Assembly: GCA_036785375.1 (NCBI GenBank)
Contig: JAWMAR010000033.1
Coordinates: 10,912,001-10,976,000 of the forward strand
Direction of reading: 5' to 3'
DNA length: 64,000 nt
Origin: Leucoraja ocellata
Lineage: Eukaryota
Part shown: one piece after another, positions 37,730 to 50,929 of the stretch
How the letters are laid out: every line of letters begins with the position of its first letter
Numbering within the stretch: position 1 is the first letter of the stretch
Notes under the pieces: generated by a model
What the model saw: only the letters and a program-made list of their open reading frames with translations
The model's database searches: none
What the model was told of the DNA's origin: nothing
Position numbers and translations under genes: made by a program

Positions 37730-37989
37730 TAGGTCAGGCAGCATCCGTGGAGCATGGATAGGTGACGTTTCACAGAGTGCTGGAGTAACTCAGCGGGTCA
37801 GGCAGCATCTGTGGAGAACATGGATAGGTGACGTTTCACAGAGTGCTGGAGTAACTCAGCGGGTCAGGCAGCATCTGTGGAGAACATGGATAGGTGACGT
37901 TTCACAGAGTGCTGGAGTAACTCAGCGGGTCAGGCATCATCTGTGGGGAACATGGATAGGTGACGTTTCACAGAGTGCTGGAGTAACTC
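37730..37989 (+). repeat. 66-bp tandem repeat derived from the Penelope terminal sequence (~4 units)
   Basis: GGATAGGTGACGTTTCACAGAGTGCTGGAGTAACTCAGCGGGTCAGGCAGCATCTGTGGAGAACAT, starting at 37756, 37822, 37888 and 37954. Confidence 0.9.
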
Positions 37990-38125
37990 GCTCTGTGTCT
38001 ACCTTTGCATCTGCAGTTGTTTCCTACACACCAGGTCCATTCCCTCCACTGATGTTCCCCCATTATTGTGTTTGGCTCAAGACCCCAACATCCGCACGTT
38101 TCTCGTGTCTCCAGCGCACACCCAC

Positions 38126-38604
38126 CTTTGCAACTCCTCGTCATGGATCTTCTCTTCGTCCCACATGAAAACAGCCGCAAAAGCCATCACCAGCTTGCCA
38201 GATCCCGAGTGTCTGCTCTGGAATTTGCGCCAGAGGTTGGTGAAGAGGCTCTTGCGGGAGCGCTCCGAGTACAGGTTGTTGTAGAGCTGCCCGATCTGCT
38301 GCGCTCGCCGTAGCCTCTGCCCAGTCACATAGCTGCACTGGCTGGCCAGGATGGACACCATCTTCTTCCTCTCGCCCCTCGGGGCCATGGCTCCCGCTGC
38401 ACTCCAGCCTTCCCTCAGGAGGCCAAGAGCCCACCGCAGGGCACTGCCAACCTGCCTCCTCCATGCAGCCAGCAGCTCGGCCTCACGCCGGCCCTGCCCG
38501 TGGCTGGAGGAGCAAGTGGACTGCAGGCAGTGAGAGTACAGCCCGCTGAACGGCTTGGAGCGGGCGGAATTCAGCAGGAGAGCCGGTCTCTTTACGGTCA
38601 ACAT
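38126..38604 (-). CDS. stard7: StAR-related lipid transfer protein 7, first large coding exon (mitochondrial targeting region)
   Basis: ...LLAAW...ILASQCSYVTGQRLRRAQQIGQLYNNLYSERSR...AAVFMWDEEKIHDEELQR matches the STARD7 N-terminus. Donor AG|GTGGGT; strong upstream acceptor (T-rich, GCAG|) with the exon starting at 38629. Confidence 0.9.
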
Positions 38605-40399
38605 TGTGCAGGAGCAAATGATCAGAGCTCTGCAAAAAAAGAAACACGAGAGAAAATAAATGAAAGGTTACGCTCAGAACTTTTGCACACAAGTTCACAG
38701 TTATAGGAGTAGAATTAGGCCATTTGGCCCATCGAGTCCACTCCGCCATTCAATCATGGCTGACGACCCGAAACGTCACCCATTCATTCTCTCCAGAGAT
38801 GCTGCCTGTCCCGCTGAGTTACTCCAGCACTCTGTGAAACGTCACCTATCCATGTTCTCCACAGATGCTGCCTGGCCCGTTGAGTTACTCTAGCATGTTG
38901 CATCTATCTTTGATTTAAACTAGCATCTGCAGTTCTTTCGAACACATACATTCATACAGTAAGTCACAGGAGCAGAATTAGGCCATTCGGCCCATCAAGT
39001 GGACTCGGTGCTGTATCTCTAAACTACACTAAATGGACAGACATCATCTGTGAGGCAGGGCCCTTCTTTAAGAGACATTTACACAAGGAAGAGAAGGGTC
39101 TAGACTTGAAACATCATCCCCCCACAGATGCTGCCTGACCCGCTGAGTCCCTCCAGTAATTTGGATTTTTCTCAAGGTTACAGCATCTGGGAGTCTCTGC
39201 TGTCATAACTTCTAGGAGCAGAATTAGGCCATTCGGCCCATCGATTCTACTCGGCCATTCAATCATGGCCGCTCTATCTTCCCCTCTCAACCCCATTCTC
39301 CTGCCTTCACCCCATAACCTCTGACACCCGTTCCTTTCCTTTCTTCACGGGGTGTTGCTCCCGACCTAGGACAGAGAGAAGTCCGAAGAAGTGTCTCGAC
39401 CAGAAATGTCACCCATTCCTTCTCTCCAGACGCAGGCTGGCCCGCTGAGTTACTCCAGCTTTTTGTGCCTATCTTCCGTTTAAACCGGCATCTGCAGGTC
39501 CTTACACACTTCCTACAAAAAGCAGGAACAGGGTACTGATTGTGGATCAGCTATGATCACATTGAATGGCGGTGCTGGCTCGAATGGCCTACTCCTACGC
39601 CTACTTCCCATGTGTGATAATGCAAATACAAAATGCCACTGCTATGGGGTGCTGCAACCAAAAATAATTTATTCGATTATTTACAACCATGTGCACACAC
39701 AGTACGAAATAAATGACGAACAAAACCCACCAGCATTCCAGGCCGCCCTTTGCTGTGCAGAGTCGGTGATCTGCATGCAGCAGCCTCTGTGTATCCCAGT
39801 GACCGAGCAGTGGCCGTGTTGCCCTCAACCTGTCAATCAGCGCTCCCGGGCCCGGGCATGCGCAGCGCAACCTAACCTGCTGCCTCCGGCAACAAGTTTG
39901 GCTGCACCGTGAGGATAGGGGACCCACCGCCCGCCTGCAATGAACGTTTCACTGCTGTAAGCGCAATCCAATGCACTGGCACCGGGATAAAGCGTTGCAG
40001 CTACAGATGCATTCATGCATATCATCATTTACCCCACCAACACACACACACAAAACATCTTTACAAATAAAATGTAAAGGAAACTGCAAGACAGCTAGGA
40101 ATTGCAATGAGCGACAGCGCGGGGCGTGTGCAGCAGGTCATTGCTGGTGTTGCAGTTAGTTTACTAAACTTCAAACGCTAAACAAAACTCAACTACATTC
40201 ACAGCGATTTTATTCCTGAATTATAAATCTGCAGTAGAGTTCATAACTCTACTTGCAGTTACTCCAGCATTTTGTGTTTATCTTTGGTGTAAACCAGCAT
40301 CTGCAGTTCCTTCTTAAACATCTTAGTGTAAACCACCATCTGCAGTTCCTTCCAACACAATACTCCAGCATTTTATGTTTATCTTTGACTCACCACCTA

Positions 40400-40775
40400 A
40401 CCTGTTTTAATTACCAGACTTTCATTTGACTCAAAGATAGACCCAAAATGCTGCCGTCCCCCTGAAAAAACTGCAAGGGAGCATCTCTGGAGAGAAGGAA
40501 TGGGTGACGTTTTGGGTCGAGACCCTTCTTCAGACTGAATCAGGGGAAGAGGGAGATAGAGATAAGGTGTGAAAACGAGAGAAAGGATGTGGATCAAGGA
40601 GAATGTAGAATAGACCATTGTTAGCTGGGAGAAGGTAAGAACAAAGCAAACAGATGAAATGTAAACGTGAACAGTCAGACTAGCCAGAGATCTGGAAAGG
40701 GGAGAGGGATGGAGAGGGAAGTCCTTGAAGTTAGAGAAATCAATATTCATACTGCTGGAATGTAAGCTGCCCAAA
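40400..40775 (-). mobile_element. Penelope-like element 3' fragment
   Basis: LGSLHSSSMNIDFSNFK, then a pyrimidine-rich UTR, then CTGAAGAAGGGTCTCGACCCAAAACGTCACC on the minus strand. Confidence 0.7.
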
Positions 40776-41559
40776 CAAACTTTGACTCGTTTTGGGTGTC
40801 TTTGGTATTTTTAGACGAGTTTTCAACAAGATTGGGTGTATTTGATTCCTAAATCTTCAAGTGCAGTCAAGTTTATTGTCATATGAACAAGCATGGTGAG
40901 GTACAGGTACAATGTAAATCTTGCTTAGAACAGTGTCACGGGCACATAGACTCAGGCACACAAGAATGTAAATTACACCAGACTGGAAGAAAGACATTTG
41001 GTACAAAACACAATTAGCAAATAAGTCCATGACAGGGCAAGACTCTTCTGCTACCAAGATAGGATTAGGAGATGTGGAAACAATGAACTGCAGATGCTGG
41101 TTAATACACAAAATGACATAAAGTGCTGGAGTAGCGCAGCAAGTCGGGCAACAAACCTGAAGAACATGGATAGATAACGGGATTAGGGTTGTGCAGAAGA
41201 GAAGACACAAAGTGCTGGAGTAACACAGTGTGTCATGCAGCATCTCTGGAGAAAAAGTCTGGGTGACATTTCTTGTCGAAACCCTACATCAGACAGGCTG
41301 TGCAGGTCAGTTCAAGAAGGTTGTAGGAAAATATCTGTTCCTGAACCTGGTGGTGTAGGATCTCAGGCTTCTGTACCTCCTGCCCGATGATAGATTCTTG
41401 ATTCACCAATATTTTAAACAGGTTTTTTGTCTTTTGTAAAGACGGATGCAAAGTGATTTCCACTGCCATTTCTTTTACTTGACATGAATCATCACCCATT
41501 CCTTTTCCCGAGAGATGCCGCCTGACCCGCTGAGTTACTACGGCACTGTGAAACGTCAC

Positions 41560-42107
41560 CTACCCACAGAGTTATAGAGTGATACAATGTGGAAACAGGC
41601 CCTTATGCCCAACTTGCCCACACTGGCCAACAATGCCCCAGCTACACTAGTTCCATTTTGGCCATATCCTTCCAAAACTGTCCTATCCATATACCTGTCT
41701 AACAGTTTCTTAAACAATGGGATAGTCCCATTCTCAACTACCTCCTCTGGCAGCTTGTTCCATACTCACCACCCTTTGTGTGCAAAAGTTACCCCTCAGA
41801 TTCCAATTAAATCTTTTCCCCTTTACCTTGAACCTGTCCTCTGGTCCTCGATTCCCCTACTCTGGGCAAGAGATTGTGCATCTACCCGATCTATTCCACT
41901 CATGATTTTATACACCTCTATAAGATGCCCCCTCATCCTCCTGCGCTCCATGGAATAGAGACCCAGCGTACTCAACCTCTCCCTATAGCTCACACCCTCT
42001 TGTAAATCTTTTCTAACCCCTTTCAAGCTTGACAGTATATTTCCTAAAACATGGTGCCCAGAATTGAACACTAAATGTGGTCTCACCAACGTCCTATATA
42101 ACTGCAA
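41560..42107 (-). mobile_element. CR1-clade LINE 3' fragment
   Basis: QLYRTLVRPHL...SYRERLSTLGLYSMERRRMRGHLIEVYKIMSGIDRVDAQSL. Confidence 0.85.
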
Positions 42108-42225
42108 TCCATGTTGTCCAGAGATGCTGGCTGACCAGCTGAGTTACTCCAGCCCTGTGTGTGTGTGTGTCTCCCCCATGGACCAGGTGGGCTGGGGATC
42201 CCCTCCCCCTAGTGGCCGACCTCAC

Positions 42226-42310
42226 TCGTGCATCTCTGGATGACTGGCAGCAGCAGCAGCAGCAGCCGCTTCCGGTTGGCGCCAAGGGGGCAAAATGGCG
42301 GCGCCCACAG
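42226..42310 (-). promoter_or_regulatory. stard7: Probable stard7 first exon and core promoter
   Basis: Minus strand has a YY1 consensus GCCGCCATTTTG (42291-42302), an ETS site CCGGAAG (42269-42275), a (CTG)6 run, then ATG CAC GA|GTGAGG donor. CpG-rich context. Supplies a donor for the orphan acceptor at 38630. Confidence 0.65.
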
Positions 42311-42337
42311 GCCCAGTCCCCGTCCCGTGGGGCCGCA

Positions 42338-42570
42338 CAGTGGGGAATCTGTGGAATTCTCTGCCACAGAAGGTAGTTGAGGCCAGTTCATTGGCTATAT
42401 TTAAGAGGGAGTTAGATGTGGCCCTTGTGGCTAAAGGGATCAGGGGGTATGGAGAGAAGGCAGGTACAGGATACTGAGTTGGATGATCAGCCATGATCAT
42501 ATTGAATGGCGGTGCAGGCTCGAAGGGCCGAATGGCCTACTCCTGCACCTATTTTCTATGTTTCTATGTC
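42338..42570 (+). mobile_element. CR1/HER1 LINE 3' tail, 5'-truncated, apparently young
   Basis: Near-identical to 470-697; ends in (TTTCTATG)n. Related tails lie at about 2323-2522 (-), 18065-18230, 32710-32878, 44010-44110, 55262-55585 (-), 56445-56715 and 58290-58600. Confidence 0.85.
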
Positions 42571-45500
42571 CTGTGGAGCCGCACCCACTGCCCACAGGCC
42601 CAGTCCCACCGCCGCCTCTGCACCGCCCCGTGGAGCCGCACCCAGTGTCCACAGGCCCCGAGTCCCCGTCCCATAGAGCCGCACTGTCCACACACCCCGT
42701 CCCACCGCCGCCTCTGCACCAAAGATCCTTTAACGGATCTTTGCTCTGCACCGTCCAGTGGATCCGCACCCACTGTCCACAGGCCCCGTCCCGTGGTGCC
42801 GCACAGAGAGAGACACAAAATGCTGGAGTAACTCAGCCTCAACCCCGAGGCCTTAAACACAGTGTCCCGCTTTAACACCCACACGGCAGAAAACACACGT
42901 CAGGAGGCGAGTGCGTTTACAAGCTGGGAGGTCATGTTGCAGTTATATAAATAACCTCCATCAAGGACGCAGAGTTATTATCCTAAAATGGTGGCCCTGC
43001 TTCTGCAAATACTGCCGAAACTGTTGAGCATTTCTTAATTTCTTTTTTTTTTAATTCGCTTTTGATGCGTTTTAATAACATATTTTCTCGGGATACAGGA
43101 GGAGTACCAAGGAGCTGCTAGAGGTTTGGACGAGTGCAATCCGAGCACAGTGTAACCATGGGCCACCGATTTCTCTGGTGCTCCAGATGTCCACAGCTGC
43201 AGATTACACTGTACATGAAAGGTGGCGGAATCGGACAATGTGGAGACTCGGAAGTAATATAGGAAGGTGAATATTGAAGTGTGATCTATTGGACGTGCTA
43301 CACGTTCAGATTGTAAATTATATTTATCCCAAAAGCTAGTTGTAAAGACAACTGCTAGGATTAGCAAGGAAAGAACTGCAAATGCTGATTTAAATCAAAG
43401 GTAGACACAAAATGCTGGAGTAACTCAGCGGGTCAGGCAGCATCTCTGGAGAGAACGAATGGGTGACGTTTCGGGTCAAGACACCCATTCCTTCTCTACA
43501 GAGATGCTGCCTACCCGCTGAGTTAGTTCAGCATTTTGTGTTTACTAGGATTAACATTGACTGGACGGGCATTGAAGTGGTTTAGTGGTGAATTTTGGGC
43601 CAAGCTTAGGTTTTAAGTGGGAGAAAAGGAGAGAATAGTGAAATTGAGTATTTCTAAAGACATTTCTAATAATTCCGTAAAGATTCTACTTTGCAGACTT
43701 ACTCTGGCTCGATCCTTCCCTCCTGGTCTGATGCCTTTTATGTCTGCTATAGGAAAACATCTGAGCTCTGTGGACTGCGAGCTTCATAATACCAATTGAT
43801 GCAATACTCACATGCTCTGTAACAGTTCATAAATATTCAGCAGTAAGGACAGTGTTAACTTTGCAGCAAAGGAAACAGAAATATCAAAGATAGACACAAA
43901 AAGCTGGAGTAACTCAACGGGACAGGCAGCATCTCTGGAGAGAACGAATGGGTGACATTTCGGGTCAAGACCCTTCTTCAGATTGGTTAGGGATAAGGGA
44001 AATCCATACCTTGTGGCTAAAGGGATCAGGGGGTATGGAGAGAAGGCAGGTACAGGATACTGAGTTGGATGATCAGCTATGATCATATTGAATGGCGGTG
44101 CAGGCTCGAAGATATAGAACATGCTCTAGTATCTTTGATATAGAGCATGCTCTAGTATCTTTGATATAGTGATGTGGAGAGATAAAGAACAATGAATGAA
44201 AGATATGCAAAAAAGTAACAATGATAAAGGAAACAGGCCACCATGAGCTGTTCCTAGGGTGAAAATGAGAAGCTAGTGTGACTTGATGGATGGGGGGGGG
44301 GGGGGGGGCACAGAGAGAGGAAATGTCAGAACTACCTGAAGCGAGAGAAATATACAGAAATATCAGTTTAAATGAACAATTTGTGCTTTTTAGTCAATCT
44401 GAAGAACGATGATGATTATCAGTAATTAAATTCTACAGGTTTTGAGGGAATATAGTTGCCATATCCACCCTGATTACTGACAAATTGTTGTTGCATTAGG
44501 CCATTGCTAGGAGATAATAGATTAGTAACATCTTCATAATTATGTGCTTCCAGTTGGAGGTAATTTGGAATTTTAGTATCCCACCTCCCTGCTACTATTC
44601 CTTTCTGCATTAGAGAACAGATGGTTTCAGTGCAAATGTTCGTAACTTATTGTACTTGTGCTGAGCTGTGGGCCAGATCACTCAATGACCATGAAGAAGG
44701 TTCTCGACAAAAAATGTTACTTCTTCATGTTCTCCAGGGATGTTGCCCAATCAGCTGAGTTACTCCAGCACTTTGTGTCCCTTTGTGTATTACCCAGCAT
44801 CTGCAGTTACAAAGGGAAGGTTATAGAGAAAGGAAGGGCATATCAAAGCTCTGAATTGTTTGTTAAGATCAAGCAACAGCAAGTAGTATTTAATAACCCT
44901 AACCCGAATAAAGACATTTATTAGAAGATAACATCAATTTGATGGTAGACTTAAGATTTCAAAAAAACTAATAGCACTTTAACAATGCCAAGTTTGAACA
45001 CAGTAATTTTTAGCAACAAACAAAGTGACAATTTTACATAATTTAAATATGCCGGGAGGATAAAATCTGAGTTATGTTCATAAAGGTTTATTTATTTATT
45101 TATCTCCCTTTCTTTTGCTTAAGGTGATGGTCCCTGTGTGTGATGATCACAATCCAGTGCTTTACTGGATAGCGCACCTGAATTGGAACCAGCTGTGATC
45201 CTTCACACTGTTTACTGTCACTAGTATTCCAACAATATCTACACTGGAAAGCATTCTAGTAAGTATTACTACTGGTTTCAGAGATGAGTGGTAGCACTGA
45301 TTACTGTAGTAATATTTCTATTACTTCAGCTGGGAATTCATTGAATCGGATCATTGATTCCGATGCTGTTTGGCTGAAGGATTTACCTGTATCCTATCTA
45401 TTTCACATCTAGACTTGCAGGCTTACTCTGTGCCAGGTTCCGACTCTCCAGCCTGGCACTTTTTCTGCCTGCTACATTAATGTTCTCATCAACAATGTTT

Positions 45501-48500
45501 GCAGTCTCAGTTCATCCAGTGGATAGGCTGCATGTTGTGTTTGGGAGCACAGTAATTGTCACCTGATGAATTGCTGCTTCCTGTTTACATTGAAGCCTTA
45601 TGACAAGCTCCATTTTAATTAACAATCGGTTTGCATATCCAAGCACAAATGCGTTTACCTTCAAAACGCAACCCCACAAGGCCTCAGAAGAGGGATTAAA
45701 ATTAATTAATTTTGGGATGATACTAATGGATGTTGAGTGTTCTTATTTAGAAACGTTGGATAATAAACCGTGTAGAAAGGAACTGCAGATGCTGGTTTAA
45801 ACTGAAGGTAGACACAAAATGCTGGAGTATCTCAGCGGGACAGGCAGCATCTCTGGAGAGAAGGAATGGGTGATGTTTCGGGTCGAGATCCTTCTTCACC
45901 CATTCCTTCTCTCCAGAGGTGCTGCCTGTTCTGCTGAGTTACTCCAGTTTTTTGTGTCTATCTCCACCAGGTCATGTTGTGTTCTGTAACAATGATCTGT
46001 TACATTTTTTGATTTTCTATCCGATGGCCTGTATTGTAAGCTGAAGCTGTTTACAAAAAATATTTCTTCCTTATCTTGACTGTTGAGAAGAATCTAGGAA
46101 TATAAACTAGTAGCTGTCACTGTTTTATTGTTATGATCAAAACAGGATATGTGGTTGGCAGAAGTAAAAACAAATAGCAACTAGACATGCAAGGATACTT
46201 TGATTGCTAACGTTGAATTCAAAGAACTAGGCTTGAGACGTTGGTATCTTTTAAAATGGCATGCTGAGTGAAGTAAAGGGAATCGTGATCCCAAACACTG
46301 ATGTAAGTATATCATAATTAAGTCCCTGTGTAGGAAGGAACTGCAGACACTGGTTTACACCAAAGATAGACACAAAATGCTCGACACAAAACATCATCCA
46401 TTCCTACTCTCCATAGACACTGCCTCACCCGCTAAGTTACTCCAGCATTTTGAGTCTACTGTCTATATCCTTTTCAGACTCCTTATGTCCATTTCACCAT
46501 TTACTGCCTTGCCTGCATTTGTGGCATCACCTTCATCCAAGTCATGAATGTATTTTGCAAGGAGAGGGTTAAGCACTGATCCCTGTTACACACCATGTAA
46601 AGATGTGCCGGCCCTCTTCATTTCCATTTGCCACTTAATCTAACTACAATTTTACCTCCTCCACCACGAGTGTGCATTGGGGGATCTAGGATGCCTGTAA
46701 GCTCCATGGTGAGTGACCTGTCTGAAGAAGGGTTTCGGCCCGAAACGTTGCCTATTTCCTTCGCTCCATAGATGCTGCTGCACCCGCTGAGTTTCTCCAG
46801 CTTTTTTGTCTACCTCCTGTTAAATAGTTGTGGATAGTCACAAGTTGCACATCCAGTTGAGTTGAGGTTTATTGTAAGGTGTGCCATGGAGCAACAGCAG
46901 ATGGCGCCAGAGTAACTCAGCGGGACAGGCAGCATCTCTGGAGAGAAGGAATGGGTGATGTTTCGTGTTGAGACTCTCTACAGACTGATGTGAGGTAGTT
47001 TGTCAAGACGTGAATTCCAGCAACACTATTCTGAGGTGTTTAAGAAGGAACTGCAGATGCTGGAAAATCGAAGGTAGACAAAAGTGCTGGAGAAACTCAG
47101 CGGGTGCAGCAGCATCTATGGAGCGAAGTCTGAGGAAGGGTTTTGGCACGAAACGTTGCCTATTTCCTTCGCTCCATAGATGCTGCCGCACCTGCTGAGT
47201 TTCTCCAGCACTTTTGTCTACCTGTTATTCCGAGATGGTTATTTGTATTGGAAGATTCTCGTGGGGGGGGGGGGGGGGGGTATAAAATGCACAGTTAGTG
47301 TAAGGGGATTGCAATATTTTGGGCCACAGCTTTTCTTTACAATGTAAGGAGAGTGAAGCGATCAGCAGGAATGAGGGCAGCATTGACTCCCAATATTGGA
47401 ACTGACACTGCTTGTGTAGGAAGGAACTGCCAATGCTGGTTTAAACCAAAGATAGACACAAAAAGCTGGAGTAACTCAGCGGGTCAGACAGCATCTCTGG
47501 AGAAAAGGAAAAGATGATGTTTCGGGTCGAGACTGGATAGGCCCAAAACGTCACCTATGTCTTTTCTCCAGGATGCGGTCTGACCCGCTGAGTTACTCCA
47601 CCTTTTTGTGTCTATCTACCGACACTTTTCTTCACTGGATGTCGAAATGATCTGTGCCTCTCTATTCATTTCTTTTTTTAAAAGGGGCTTAAAGGGCACC
47701 ACTGGAAAGATGACAATTAAATTGTTATCATCCAAAAAACAAGGTTTTAAAGATGATAAAAGGAGGCAAGGGCTGCATTTCAATATGCACCATTTTTTAA
47801 ACTGGCAATTTTGAGAAAGTAAAGATTTAGTAGTAATTATTTCCTATTATTATTTACAGATTCAAGGAACCAAGATCGTTCTACAGTAATTCTGACAATA
47901 TTTGCTGCCACACTGTGGATTCGGCCTGGTGTCAGTCACACATCTGGCAGCTGAGGATGAATGGGTGAACTGGCTGTTTGGGAGCAGAGCGCGTTGGAGC
48001 CTTAGAAACGTTGTTTAATCATCCACTCATTTGTTTATGTCTCAAATTCTGCTTAGTATTTCTCCACTGTGATGAAGCCAGACTCAATAAGTTAGTCACA
48101 AATTGCTGGAGTAATTCAGCGGGGAGGCAACATCTCCGGAGAGAAGGAATGGGCGACATTTCAGGTCGAAATCCTTCTTCAGAATTAGTTAGTTAAGTTA
48201 GTGCTATGAAGAAATAAAATGTGACTTTATTGGTGAACATAGATACACTATCACTCTTATGCATCATTTAGTTCCATGCATATACCCTCTCAACCATGTA
48301 AATGGACAGCCAAACCTGTGTGTGAAATCTCTTTGGATGTGGGAACTGTGACAATCATCTGTGTATGGATGTAGCCAAGGTGGGAAAGACTTTATGGTTC
48401 AGCATAGTAGTTGCATACTTGCAGGATATGATACTATGTTATTAAAACTATGAATGTCATGTTCTCATGAACAATATCAATTGCTTCTGAAAACGCACCT

Positions 48501-50929
48501 TTAGTTGTCATATTTGCTGCTGAAACTGGGACTGTTTTCCCTGGAACAAAAGTGGCAAAGGGGTGAATTTATAAAGTTTATAAAAACAAATATCGCTTTC
48601 TTATTAAAGTTCTGGTCAAAATTAACTTTGCATCTGTGTTTCTTGCAGTCTCTTGTTTATAATAGTTGGCCACATTAGAGACTTTAACAGACAAATTTGC
48701 ACAGAACTCTCTTGTGACTAAACCAACAGGCAGCAACGACTGGTGGTGGTGGTTTGGAAGGTGGTTGGTGATAGACACAAAACGCTGGAGTAACTGCGGG
48801 ACAGGCAACATCTCTGGAGAGAAGGAATGGGTGACGTTTCGGGTCCAGACCCTTCTTCAGTCTGAAGGGTTACTCCAGCATTTTGTATCTAACTTTGGTT
48901 TAAAGCAGCATCTGCAGTTCTTTCCTACCGAGGTAGCTAATGGTGCTCGACAGTCAGTGCTCAGTCCCTTATCTTCGTAGATTAATTTGCTTTCAAAGTC
49001 TGGTATCTCGTAGTTCTCTGGATTGAATGCTACCTACAATCTTCTTGAAAGCCATGTCAAAATCTTCATTGAGATTCTTCAACTGAGAAGAATCTTCGAT
49101 TGAGAAAAGACAGAAGGAATGAACTGTTAGGCATCAGGGGGTACAATTATTTTTCAATAAACATGCCTGTGTACGTTATCGTCAAGTCCCAGAGTCATCA
49201 ATATTCCTCTGGCAAATTATGTTACCTCTTCTACTGGGATCAGAGACACTTCAAAAAATATATTGGAAAAAACTACCGTTTTATATTTAGCGAACACACT
49301 GCAAGTTACATGTAGTGTACACATTTTAAGAGAGATTCCTAATCAGATTAGTTACAGATGACCATGCTGTTACCAGGCTGGGTGGGGAAAGGTTTGCATT
49401 CATAGAAAACAAGCGGTACCATGATTTTCAGTAACAAGCCATGTCATCTGCACATGCGTCAGGAAATTAGAGTTGAAAGGAATTGGGTAATTTACTTTTT
49501 TCAACAAGATCTGAGTGAATTTGAGTCTATTTCCCCAAATTTTTGATTCGTTTTTAATGAATTTTGTACGGTTGCTTTTCAATTAACGGAATTCAAAGCA
49601 GTTCTGATCACGGATGTGCCATTCGGTGCACCAGGGTAATGTTGGTAAGTTACAAGGCTTCCATGATTAAATGGCAGAGTAGACTTGATGGGCCGAATGG
49701 CCTTTTTCTGCTCCTATCAATTATGATCTTATTGAGATAATAAAAATGTTTTTCTTGCAAGAAACACTCTTTTGAAGAAAACTGTTAAGACATCTCTGAG
49801 CAGTGAAATCCAGGCAGCAGCTGTGCAAATGCCCCCAAGTTATTTGCAGAGTTCTTCGAGAGCTCACTCTGTGCCCAGCAAGAAGCTGAGCCACAGAAAC
49901 CCGAAAGGCATTGGGTATAATGTCTGTTTGAAGATTGTACTGGGGACCTAGAATTGGGTTGAAGTCTGAAGAAGGGTCTTGACCCAAAACATCACCCATT
50001 CCTTCTGTTACTCCAGCATTTTGTGTCTATGTTCAAGTTAAACCAGCATCTATAGTACTTTCCTATGCATGGGTTGAAGTCTAGATGGGGACAGGGAGGA
50101 AAACAAAAATCACCGTAGATCCACACTACTGCTTACATATATTGGCCTCGACAATGGTCATCGTCAAAGGTAGACAAAAGTGCTGGAGTAACTCAGGAGG
50201 TGCAGCAGCATCTATGGAGAGAAGGAAACAGGCAACGTTTCCGGTCGAAACCCTTCTTCAGACCCGAAACGCTTCTTCGGCCCGAAACGTTGCCTATTTC
50301 CTTCGCTCCATAGATGCTGCTGCACCCGCTGAGTTTCTCCAGCACTTTTGTCTACCTTCGATTTTCCAGAAGCTGCATTTCCTTCTTAAATAAATTATCC
50401 CAAATGTGAGTCCTATATTAATGTTGGATTGCACCTATTGAAATGTTCCCCAACACAAAGGAAGTTTTTGCAGAAAAAACGCTCAAGTATATAAAAGTGA
50501 TCATAATCTGTTAAATGCTGCATTTACAACTGAATTAATTCAGTATCGACGATTACCAGTTCTTATAAACCACAATTCATGACTATTATTTGAACGAGGG
50601 ACATTCCCATTAATAAGTAATTTAGGGCACATTGCCAATGTTTTTTTTTTACATTTCATGCTGGACTGGGCAAATAAATTAACAATGAAAAATGTTTTGC
50701 ACTGTTAAGAGAAAACCGTTGTGACTCAACAGCAAATTTATTTTAGGAAGTGACGTTCCCCACGAAGGTCATAAAATATCAGATCATTTCAAGGAAACAG
50801 AAAGAACTCGAGGTGTAAACATTAGGGCGGTGACGTGCACATACCAGGATGGTTCAGGCGTAGAAGCTGTTTATTTGGATGGTATGTTCCATGGAGATAA
50901 GACAACACACAGATTCCTTTAGATTTCGT

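Noticed and set aside
47010-47198. Recurrent short ORFs such as RRNCRCWK...WRNSAGAAASMER and LQHFCLPSIFQHLQFLL
   Set aside because: They are translations of the Penelope terminal repeat, not a protein family.
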